This document shows positions 19,935 to 28,345 of a stretch of 64,000 bases of DNA, in pieces. Each line of letters begins with the position of its first letter. Position 1 is the stretch's first letter. The translations under genes were made by a program, and so were the position numbers. The stretch comes from an uncultured Gemmatimonadales bacterium (GTDB lineage: Bacteria; Gemmatimonadota; Gemmatimonadetes; Gemmatimonadales; GWC2-71-9): the NCBI GenBank assembly GCA_963795085.1, contig CAWCFX010000004.1, forward strand, positions 160,001-224,000, written 5' to 3'. The notes below the pieces were generated by a model. That model did no database searches. It saw nothing but the letters and a program-made list of their open reading frames with translations, and had not been told where the DNA came from.

Positions 19935-19983
19935 AATCTAGACTCCGGCAGCGTACCCGTCAACTAAACACCAAGGTTTGGTT
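19935..19983 (-). promoter_or_regulatory. sigma70-type promoter of the suf operon with an adjacent inverted repeat
   Basis: TTGACG (19963-19958)-N17-TAGATT (19940-19935); palindrome AACTAAAC-N6-GTTTGGTT at 19962-19983. Confidence 0.65.
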
Positions 19984-20158
19984 AAAACTATTAACCACCA
20001 TCGTCGCATAGACTTCCCACCGGGTCACCAGAATGTGGCAACCCCTGTGGCGTTTAAGTAGCTGCACTGGCTACCTCCTTCCTGATTTTCCAGGCTATTG
20101 TGGGCCGGTGGTCGAGGTACAAGATTGGGGACCCGAAACAACGATCCGAGGAAAGACC

Positions 20159-20731
20159 ATGAGCATCCACCCGATACGCCTGCTGGGCGACCCGATTCTG
20201 CGGTCCAGCTGCGAGTATATCGCCAAGCCCGGTTCTACCGCGGCCCGGATAGTTATTGATGATCTTACCGAGACCCTGAAGGACCTCAAGGCTCGGCTCG
20301 GGTGGGGTCGGGGGTTGTCGGCCCCCCAGATCGGGGCCCCGGTTCGGATCATCTACGTCGAGGTCGACAAGCCGGTGGCCATGATCAACCCGGAGATTAT
20401 CGACGTAGGCAACGAAGATTTCAGTGTCTGGGATGACTGTTTTTCGATCCCTGACATCCTGGTCCGGGTTTCCCGAGCTTACCGGATCAAGGTCCGATAC
20501 CAGGACGCGCGGGGCGTCACCCGGGAGGCAGAATACGATGGCGCGTTCGCGGAACTGGTTCAGCACGAGATCGACCATCTCGATGGCGTGCTGATCGTGG
20601 ACCGTCCCCACGGTCTTGACCCGTTCTGTATCCGGCAGGAATGGGCCCGGCGGTACTCCAAGATGGGGCGCTACGGCGAGCCGGAGCAGCGAACCGCCTC
20701 CTACGCCACGCCGTTGGGAGGGTTGATCTGA
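20159..20731 (+). CDS. def: peptide deformylase family protein (variant motif II)
   Basis: GRGLSAPQIG, DDCFSIP, QHEIDHLDG. Confidence 0.88.
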   Translation: MSIHPIRLLGDPILRSSCEYIAKPGSTAARIVIDDLTETLKDLKARLGWGRGLSAPQIGAPVRIIYVEVDKPVAMINPEIIDVGNEDFSVWDDCFSIPDILVRVSRAYRIKVRYQDARGVTREAEYDGAFAELVQHEIDHLDGVLIVDRPHGLDPFCIRQEWARRYSKMGRYGEPEQRTASYATPLGGLI

Positions 20732-20741
20732 CCGAGTCCAG

Positions 20742-22784
20742 CTAAAACCATCGGCCCAGACGCACCAGGAGGGCATCCCGCCCGCCTGTGCTCACTCCAT
20801 ATTCCACCCTGATGGGGCCCAGCCCTGTCACCAGGTTGAGTCCAGCCCGGACTCCGGACCGGAGCGGCCCTGACGGTCCCAACCCGTCATTACCACCGGT
20901 TGCGCCGAGCATTGGCTCGATGCGAGCAAACAACTGGCCTGCCAGCGGATACAAAAGAACGATGCTGCCGGACAGCTCCCGTTGGCTTCTCTCTTCCCCA
21001 ATGTGGAGTCCGGCGAAGCCGTCCACGCCGCCGAGGACAAACTGGTGCTGGAAGGGGAGGCTTTCCCCCGCGCCATAGCGCGCCCGGGGCCGAAGCCGGA
21101 GTGGTCCCAGACGAATCGTCGCGATTCCTTCCAACTCTACCCGGCGATACTCGCCATTGGCTGCTGCCCCCAGCCGAACCAGTGGTTCGGCCAGCCGACC
21201 GGCCTTGACTACTTCAAACCGAACTCCGATGGCCCCCTTGCCGCGGTGGCCCGGTTCATCCCACGCCCGGGCCTCCAGGCCGAAGGTGGACTGCCACCCC
21301 CTCGGCCCGTGAAAATCCAGGCCAGCCAGCATGGCCGCCTCATGGACCTTGAGGGGTGAACCTTCGGTGCCCCCCTGGAACCGGCGCACCAGCTCCCGGC
21401 TGGCCTGGAACCCCACCACCGGCAGCAATACAGGCCGGATGGCGGCGGATAGGCGAACTCCCACCTGGATGTCCTGCCGAAGCTCGCCCAGGAACGCGGC
21501 GCTGGCGGCTTCCAGGTTGCGGCGCAGGAAATTCCGGTTGACCTGCCCGATCCAGATCCGGCCACCCAGATCGTTATCATAAGCCGCGCCAACGGCGACA
21601 ACCCGGGTCGGACCCAGTTGGGGCGTGACCTCGAATCGGACGGTATCTCCGGACCCCTTTGGGTAGAGCCAGACCGCGGCATAGCGGTCCGATGAGCCCA
21701 GGCGAAGAACCGATGTCCGCAGATCCCGGAGGTGTACGGTATCGCCGGTCCGGACGCGTAGGAGGCGGTACAGAATGGCGCTGTCCGCGCGAGCGGCTCC
21801 GGCAAACGAGATTCCCCCAATCACGGTGGGGAGGGTCGCCCGTCGTGGCGGCGTGGGTGGGCCAGGGAGACACCCGGCGCCCGCGAGTGACGCCATGGCG
21901 GCGGCCATCCCGCGGTCAACGAGGGTTCGAATGGCGGACGGCGAGAAATCGAGGCTCGGAAATCCCTCGACATCGGGGCGGACGGCTATGTCGTCCGCCC
22001 AGAGAGAGTCCCCCGGCTGGCGAAACAGATTGCCGATGAGGTGGTCAATCAGGACCAGCGTCGATTGCAGGTTGAGGGAATCGGGCGGCTGTTCAGTCGT
22101 AATGGAAACGATGATCCGCCGAGCCCCTTCGGCGCGGGCGACCGCGATGGGAACGTTGGCGGAGAGCCCGCCATCGCCAAGGTACCTTCCCGCCAGCTGC
22201 TCCGGCTCGAACAGGAGAGGGATCGCGGCGCTGGCCCGCACCGACCTCGCCAGGTCCCCCGAGGAAAAGACGAACGGGCGGCCGGAGAGAAGATCGGTGG
22301 CAACGGCCCGGAACGGGATCGGGAGAGAGTCGAAATCGCCGCGTGCCGCAATGTTACCCCGAAGAAACGCGGCATTGAGCAGCGCGTTGATTTCGGCGCT
22401 GAGCACCGCCGCCCGCTGAAACGTCAACCCTCCCGCTTCCTCCTCCCAGACAATGGCGGGCTGAAGCAGCCCGATTGACGAGGGCACCCGGGGTTCGTAG
22501 GTCCGAAAGAACCGGGTGAGGGAGACGCCTCGCGCCAGGGAGTCGATCTCACGGCCACTGTACCCGCTGGCATACAGGCCCCCGACGATAGCCCCCATCG
22601 ACGTGCCAACCACGATATCAGGCCGGATCCCAAGACTGTCCAGGGCGCGCAGCACCCCAACATGGGCCAGGCCCTTGGCCCCGCCGCCCGAAAGCACCAG
22701 GGCGGTTCGGGGGGGCGTACATTCCTGGCCCAGCAGGGGGCCAGGCGACCAGAAAAAGAGTAGTAGCGGAAGCCAGCGGGGCAT
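20742..22784 (-). CDS. patatin-like phospholipase with C-terminal POTRA/beta-barrel region (PlpD-like)
   Basis: Signal peptide, LSGGGAKG, GTSMG, DGG; C-terminal aromatic residue. Confidence 0.85.
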   Translation of the reverse strand: MPRWLPLLLFFWSPGPLLGQECTPPRTALVLSGGGAKGLAHVGVLRALDSLGIRPDIVVGTSMGAIVGGLYASGYSGREIDSLARGVSLTRFFRTYEPRVPSSIGLLQPAIVWEEEAGGLTFQRAAVLSAEINALLNAAFLRGNIAARGDFDSLPIPFRAVATDLLSGRPFVFSSGDLARSVRASAAIPLLFEPEQLAGRYLGDGGLSANVPIAVARAEGARRIIVSITTEQPPDSLNLQSTLVLIDHLIGNLFRQPGDSLWADDIAVRPDVEGFPSLDFSPSAIRTLVDRGMAAAMASLAGAGCLPGPPTPPRRATLPTVIGGISFAGAARADSAILYRLLRVRTGDTVHLRDLRTSVLRLGSSDRYAAVWLYPKGSGDTVRFEVTPQLGPTRVVAVGAAYDNDLGGRIWIGQVNRNFLRRNLEAASAAFLGELRQDIQVGVRLSAAIRPVLLPVVGFQASRELVRRFQGGTEGSPLKVHEAAMLAGLDFHGPRGWQSTFGLEARAWDEPGHRGKGAIGVRFEVVKAGRLAEPLVRLGAAANGEYRRVELEGIATIRLGPLRLRPRARYGAGESLPFQHQFVLGGVDGFAGLHIGEERSQRELSGSIVLLYPLAGQLFARIEPMLGATGGNDGLGPSGPLRSGVRAGLNLVTGLGPIRVEYGVSTGGRDALLVRLGRWF

Positions 22785-22916
22785 GGCTGCAAGTTAGCCG
22801 GGAAAGCTCCCCAGGGGCGCACCACCCCTTGCGGTTAGGGGATGCACTTCGTATAAATCCCCTCGGCAGGAAGCTTGCAGCAGGCATACCCACGGTTCCC
22901 GGAGGATTGACGCGAC

Positions 22917-23180
22917 ATGACGTATGTAATTACCGAGCCCTGTATCGGCGTGAAGGACCGGGCCTGCGTGGATGTCTGCCCCGTCGATTGCATCTATGAG
23001 GGAGAGGACCAGTTGTACATTCACCCGGACGAGTGCATCGATTGCGGTGCCTGTGAGCCGGAATGCCCGGTAACGGCAATATTTCCTGAAGAGGACGTGC
23101 CGCCCCAATGGACGAGCTATACCGAGAAGAACAAGGAGATATTCAACGGCGACACGCCGCCGGGCCGGCCTCAGAAATAG
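22917..23180 (+). CDS. ferredoxin (7Fe/8Fe FdxA type)
   Basis: [11 protein letters not shown] and [12 protein letters not shown]. Confidence 0.95.
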   Translation: MTYVITEPCIGVKDRACVDVCPVDCIYEGEDQLYIHPDECIDCGACEPECPVTAIFPEEDVPPQWTSYTEKNKEIFNGDTPPGRPQK

Positions 23181-23203
23181 ACCCTGTCGCGGCTCATTGA
23201 CCC

Positions 23204-23235
23204 AAGGACCCTTCGCTGACGGAGGGTCTTTTTTT
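23204..23235 (+). terminator. intrinsic terminator after the ferredoxin
   Basis: AGGACCCTTC...GGAGGGTCTT stem followed by a T7 tract. Confidence 0.8.
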
Positions 23236-23382
23236 AGCCGCTGAGAGCAGGGATGTCGATCCACGGGGCCGAACTGCTTGGCCGCGGCCCCGGGACCGAA
23301 TCTCAAGGAAGGAACTGCGAACCAGAAGCGGCTGAGTAGCTCATCCGCCGAAGAATCCTACGGCGTCGCCCCCGGGCCGGTT

Positions 23383-24594
23383 TCACGGGGCCAGTCCATT
23401 CAGGAACTCCTGCAGAATCCGGGTGGTTTCGCCGGGTTGTTCGACTGGGGGAAGGTGCCCGGCGCTGGGGACGACCCGGAGGACTGACCCGGGTATCGCA
23501 TCATGCATCCGCGTCATGTCGGCCAGCGGAACCAGCTGGTCCATTTCGCCGGCGATCAACAGGATCGGGACGGCGAGCGTGGGCAGCAGCGAGGTACTGT
23601 CCGGCCGGTCCCGCATGGCCGCGAGCGCGCCCGCGATGCCTGCGACCGGGGTGCGCTCCATGATCTGGCGAACCTGGCCAAGAAGGCTGTCGTTCTGGTA
23701 GGAAACCGGCGCCAGGATCCGGGGAATCATGGCTTCCGCGACGGCCGCGGCCCCGCCATCCCGGGCCTGCGCGGCCGCCTGGTCCCGGGCCCTCCGCCCT
23801 TCGACCGATTCCGCCTCCGCGCGGGTCGAGACCAGTACCAGCCCGCGGACCCGCTCGGGCGAGGACCGCAGCAACTCCAGCGCGATATACCCACCCATGG
23901 ACAATCCACAGATTACCGCCTGACCCAGGTCGAGGGAATCCATCAGGGCCACCAGGTCGCCGGCGTAGGTCGCCATGCTGTACCCGAGGTCGGGGGCGTC
24001 CGAATGGCCCATGCCTCTCAGGTCCGGTGCCACGCAGCGCCAGCCCCGGAGGTTTTGGACCTGGTCCCGCCAGATGGTCCGGTCCAGGGGATAACCGTGA
24101 ACGAAGAGAAGAGGCGGACCTTCACCCTGGTCGTCATAGGCCAGGGTGACGCCGTTCACGGTGATGGATGATCCGCGAGGAACTGCCGAGGGGCCCGTCG
24201 CGCCGGGGTCGAGGAATCCGAGCCCGTCGGGAACCGGCACCGGTTTTCCCTGGCGATCCACGCACACGAAGACGAAGTCGGCCGTCGCGATGAGGCCGGC
24301 GGCGGCGGCGCGGCGGGCGACCTGCCGGAGGGAGAAACTGGTGCGACCCTGGTGCAGCAACGTCTGCGTGAAGCGGAGGGCTTCGCCCGGAAACGCGGAA
24401 GCCTGGTACTCGATTGTGGCCTTGCGAAGGGCCGGCCAGGCGCCGGCGCGGGTGAAGAAATCAATGCCCGGCCCCTGCCGAAGGGTTTCCCAGCGGGCCC
24501 GCTCAAAGAGGCGGAGGAAGGACGCCTGGTTGACGTGTCCGAAGGAATCGCAATCGTCCGGGTACACCATCAGTTCGATTTCAGCGCTCGTCAT
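23383..24594 (-). CDS. acyl-CoA thioesterase (hotdog) / alpha-beta hydrolase fusion
   Basis: N-terminal DCDSFGHVNQ; C-terminal HGYP, GLSMGG, GEMD, AGHL. Confidence 0.82.
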   Translation of the reverse strand: MTSAEIELMVYPDDCDSFGHVNQASFLRLFERARWETLRQGPGIDFFTRAGAWPALRKATIEYQASAFPGEALRFTQTLLHQGRTSFSLRQVARRAAAAGLIATADFVFVCVDRQGKPVPVPDGLGFLDPGATGPSAVPRGSSITVNGVTLAYDDQGEGPPLLFVHGYPLDRTIWRDQVQNLRGWRCVAPDLRGMGHSDAPDLGYSMATYAGDLVALMDSLDLGQAVICGLSMGGYIALELLRSSPERVRGLVLVSTRAEAESVEGRRARDQAAAQARDGGAAAVAEAMIPRILAPVSYQNDSLLGQVRQIMERTPVAGIAGALAAMRDRPDSTSLLPTLAVPILLIAGEMDQLVPLADMTRMHDAIPGSVLRVVPSAGHLPPVEQPGETTRILQEFLNGLAP

Positions 24595-24705
24595 GTCGAG
24601 CCTCCCGGCCATCAGGCGGAGATTGACCCGTGCGAAACCCGCCGAAGGAATCTACCTTCAATCCAGTCAGGACGCCGAATCCACCTTTCGCCGATTGGGC
24701 AGTTC

Positions 24706-25875
24706 GTGAGCATACCTTTGGACCGGCCCTCGGCCGGGCTCCTTCACATAGAATCGAATGAAGCCGCGGCGGCCTTTTTCGAAGCGATCGCGGGCGAGGC
24801 CATCATCGCGGTGGATACCGAGGCGGCCAGCTTTCACCGGTACGTTGACCGGACCTACCTCCTGCAGATCTCCACGCGGGGACGGACGGCGGTCATCGAC
24901 CCGCTCACCGTGACCGACCTTGGGGCTTTGGGGACGATGCTCGCCGATGGTGGCGTCGAGGTCATCTTTCATGATGCCGATTACGATCTCCGGATGCTGG
25001 ACCGGGACTACGGGTTCCGGGCCGCCCGGTTGTTTGACACCAGGATTGCGGCTCAACTGCTCAACGAGCCAGGCATTGGACTGGCGGCGTTGCTGGAGAA
25101 GTATCTCGGGGTAACGCTGGACAAGAAGTACCAGCGGGCGGACTGGTCACGTCGGCCGCTCATTCCGGAAATGCTCCGCTATGCGGCGATGGATACCCAG
25201 CACCTGCCCGAGTTACGCGATATCCTGCGGGACCAGCTGGTCGGTGCGGGAAGGCTGGCATGGGCCGAGGAGGAGTTCGGCCAGTTGGAATCCATACGGT
25301 GGAGCCCGGCGGAGGACGAAGGATTCTGGCGGCTCAAGGGTGCCAAGGTTCTTCGGGGGCCGGCCATCGCCGTTCTCCGGGAGCTGTATCAGTGGCGCGA
25401 CCAGCTGGCCCGACAGCTGGACCGCGCCCCGTTCCGGATCCTCAATAACGAAACCCTGCTGGACCTGGCCCGGGTGCAACCGCGGGACCTGGCGGCGCTG
25501 GGCGCCATGCGCGGAATTGGGGGAGACACTTTGGGCCGGCGGGGTACCGAGTTACTGGCCGCAGTCGAACGGGGCCTGGCGATTCCCCTCGCCGATATTC
25601 CCCGTGCCGAGCGAGGGGTCCGGACCCGGCCGGACCCGGCGGTGCTGGACCGCATGGAGCGGCTCAAGGCGGCGCGCAACGTGGCCGCCGCACGGCTCAA
25701 CCTCGCTCCCGGAGTGCTCTGCCCCAACGGGACGCTGGAAGCGGTTGCCCGGGCAGAGCCCCGGACCGCCGGAGACCTGGCGGCGATAGCGGGCCTGCGC
25801 ACCTGGCAGCGAATGGCGATTGGCGAGGAACTGCTGGCCGCGGCGGCCGACCCACCCACGCGGCAGGGGAGCTAA
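24706..25875 (+). CDS. rnd: ribonuclease D with HRDC domains
   Basis: AVDTE, HDADYD, FDTRIAA, ADWSRRPL, YAAMD; start uncertain. Confidence 0.9.
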   Translation: MSIPLDRPSAGLLHIESNEAAAAFFEAIAGEAIIAVDTEAASFHRYVDRTYLLQISTRGRTAVIDPLTVTDLGALGTMLADGGVEVIFHDADYDLRMLDRDYGFRAARLFDTRIAAQLLNEPGIGLAALLEKYLGVTLDKKYQRADWSRRPLIPEMLRYAAMDTQHLPELRDILRDQLVGAGRLAWAEEEFGQLESIRWSPAEDEGFWRLKGAKVLRGPAIAVLRELYQWRDQLARQLDRAPFRILNNETLLDLARVQPRDLAALGAMRGIGGDTLGRRGTELLAAVERGLAIPLADIPRAERGVRTRPDPAVLDRMERLKAARNVAAARLNLAPGVLCPNGTLEAVARAEPRTAGDLAAIAGLRTWQRMAIGEELLAAAADPPTRQGS

Positions 25876-26183
25876 CCCCCGAGGAAGGCCCGCACCCGGG
25901 GATCGATCTTTTCAGGAGTCCAGTACGGCTCCCAGACGATCTCGACGTCGACCGAATTGACTCCTTCCAGGGCCTGCACCGTGCGGGTAACATCCCCGAC
26001 GATCTCCGGGCCGGCCGGACACCCGGGCGAGGTGAGGGTCATCCTGACCTGTACATCGCCTTCCTCATTGAGTTCGACATCATAGACCAGCCCTAGATCC
26101 ACGATATTCAGATTTAACTCCGGATCCTTGACCGCGCGAAGCGATTTGCGGATAAACTCCGGGGTCAGCGATGCATTGGCCAT
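25872..26183 (-). CDS. metal-sulfur cluster assembly factor (DUF59/SufT-like)
   Basis: VKDPELNLNIVDLGLVY and TLTSPGCP. Confidence 0.92.
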   Translation of the reverse strand: MANASLTPEFIRKSLRAVKDPELNLNIVDLGLVYDVELNEEGDVQVRMTLTSPGCPAGPEIVGDVTRTVQALEGVNSVDVEIVWEPYWTPEKIDPRVRAFLGG

Positions 26184-26227
26184 GTTCCCCTCCTCGTTGG
26201 CGCGTCCCGGCTGGAAAGATAATGGAT

Positions 26228-27421
26228 TCAGCAGGCAGACTGGGGAGACTGGCAGGAGTATGAGGCACCCACCACGGCGGCGTCCGCCACCTGGGCGCGG
26301 ACCAGGCGGAGGTCACGGAGGGAACGTCCCACCTGCGGATTCAGGCTACGATTGGTGAGCAGGACTACGAAAAGGCCCTTGTCCGGGTCGATCCACAACT
26401 GGGTTCCGGTCCAGCCGGTGTGCCCATAGGCGGAAGGCGAGAGAAGGGTACCGAACACGCTACCGCCTTCAATCCCCGGGTCGGGAGAATCCCATCCAAG
26501 AAGCCGGGTACCGCTTGCCTCACGACGCTCCAGGAACCGGGCCATTGAGCCGGCGGACACCAGGCTGCTTTCGGCAACCACTCCATCCCGCAGCCACCAC
26601 TGGGCGAAGCGGGCAAGGTCGCTCGCCGTCGCGAACAGGCCGGCGTGTCCTGACACCCCACCCTGGTCGCGCGCGTTCCGGTCATGCACGACACCCGCGA
26701 TGGTGACCCGGCCATCAGCGTAGGTCGGCGCGGCCCGTCGCTGGCGGGGGGGCGGCGGATTGAACCCGGTTTCCCGCATGCCCAGCGGGGCAAGGACTTC
26801 CCGGTCGACGAAGCGAGCCAGCGATTCGCCGGTGATCGCCTCGATGACCATGCCGAGGAGCATGGCGTTAATATCGCTATACACGGCGCTCCGGCCGGGG
26901 TTGCGGACCGGCTCCTCCCGGAGGACAAGGCTGGCAATACCGGCGGGCGTGGAGCTTCGCTTGAAGAAGTCGCCGTAGGGGCGAAGGCCGCTGGTGTGAT
27001 CCAGCAGCATTCGCACCGTAATGGGGCGCTGGGTGGTCCGGTCGAAGCGCCTCAGGTAGCGGTGCACCGGCGCATCGAGGTCGAGCCGGCCCCGGTCCAC
27101 CAGAATCAGGGCCGCGCTCGCGGTGGCGACGACCTTGGTCAGCGAGGCCAGGTCGTAGAGCGTCGAATCGGGTACGGGCTGGCTGGCCCTGCTGGCCCAG
27201 GAGAGACGGCCAAATCCGCGCGCGTGAAGGATGGATGTCCTGGTGCCCACGACGACGACCGCCCCGGGGTACACACCTCGAGCGACGCCCGCGGCGACGG
27301 CCGCGTCGAGATCGGCGAAGGGTGCTTCGGGGCCGCGGACGGCGTGGGCACCCGGCAGGACCAGGAGGCCGGCCAGGAGCGCCGTCGCTCCCCGGAAGCG
27401 GGAAGGAGGGGCGGCCATCAT
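26228..27421 (-). CDS. serine hydrolase (beta-lactamase-related)
   Basis: SLTK, YSD, GHAGLF, GHTGWTG; signal peptide. Confidence 0.88.
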   Translation of the reverse strand: MMAAPPSRFRGATALLAGLLVLPGAHAVRGPEAPFADLDAAVAAGVARGVYPGAVVVVGTRTSILHARGFGRLSWASRASQPVPDSTLYDLASLTKVVATASAALILVDRGRLDLDAPVHRYLRRFDRTTQRPITVRMLLDHTSGLRPYGDFFKRSSTPAGIASLVLREEPVRNPGRSAVYSDINAMLLGMVIEAITGESLARFVDREVLAPLGMRETGFNPPPPRQRRAAPTYADGRVTIAGVVHDRNARDQGGVSGHAGLFATASDLARFAQWWLRDGVVAESSLVSAGSMARFLERREASGTRLLGWDSPDPGIEGGSVFGTLLSPSAYGHTGWTGTQLWIDPDKGLFVVLLTNRSLNPQVGRSLRDLRLVRAQVADAAVVGASYSCQSPQSAC

Positions 27422-28188
27422 GGCCCGATGCTGTCTTTCACCGACCCCGCTGGCAGCTGGTATAGCAGCGTCACCGTGTGACGATCGCGCCGCGAGAGCT
27501 CCGTAATGCGGGGTTCGGGGAACATGACATCGGTTGCGAGGGCGGAGTGAGGCAGGCCCAGGGCGTGTCCAACCTCGTGGATGGCAACCGACATCAGGGC
27601 GGTGGAGGGCAGGGACCGTCCCCGGCCATCAGCCATCGCCAGTGTTATCACTGCCCGCTGCACCCTCCCGAACTGGTCCCAGGTCAGGTCGGTCTGACCG
27701 GTACGGTCTATCGGAAAATGGGAGATCCACTTGACCACCATGTCCGCGGAGACGGTATCGGGCGTGAAATCAAAATGCAGGTCCAGGCCCAGGTTCTCCC
27801 ACTGCCGGAAAGCGTCCCTGACATACCCGCTTCGGGATCCACCGGTCGCGCCCGGTTCGATGAAGGCGACCCGGACGGGCCGGCCGATGGGAATGGGCCA
27901 GCGGCGCAACACGGAATCGGTGGACAGGAGGAGCGAGTCGAGATAGGTCTCCCGCCCCTCGGAATTGAGGGTACGGCGGGTCGCCAGGCGAGCCAACCGC
28001 TCAATCGTGGGGGTGCCGGTTTCGCTGGAGAGACGGGTCACTATCGGGGGTGGAGCCTCGGCCAGGTTAGGCTGATGGGTGCTCGTCGGAGTGTCTACTA
28101 CAACGCTGCGGCCAGGCCGTCCCAGTCGATCGGCCAGGATGAGGGCCAGCACCAGCAGCGTAAGTATCGGCAGGAAAAACCGTTGCAT
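27418..28188 (-). CDS. matrixin-family (M10) metalloprotease
   Basis: HEVGHALGLPH with Met-turn DVMFP. Confidence 0.88.
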   Translation of the reverse strand: MQRFFLPILTLLVLALILADRLGRPGRSVVVDTPTSTHQPNLAEAPPPIVTRLSSETGTPTIERLARLATRRTLNSEGRETYLDSLLLSTDSVLRRWPIPIGRPVRVAFIEPGATGGSRSGYVRDAFRQWENLGLDLHFDFTPDTVSADMVVKWISHFPIDRTGQTDLTWDQFGRVQRAVITLAMADGRGRSLPSTALMSVAIHEVGHALGLPHSALATDVMFPEPRITELSRRDRHTVTLLYQLPAGSVKDSIGP

Positions 28189-28345
28189 TACGAAGACAAG
28201 TTCGGGTTTGGGGGCCTCTTCTGGAGTGATCGAGTGGGCCCCTCGGTCTAATCTGCAAGATTTGGGCTGTCTGGCGCCCCCCTAGGCCCCCGTCTACTAT
28301 TGGCGCGGCCATCGGCCATCCCCGGTTCCGAGGAGAGGCAACACC

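Noticed and set aside
23236..23382. Possible riboswitch (GCTGAGAG resembles part of the TPP motif)
   Set aside because: Other TPP elements are missing and it lies between two convergent 3' ends.
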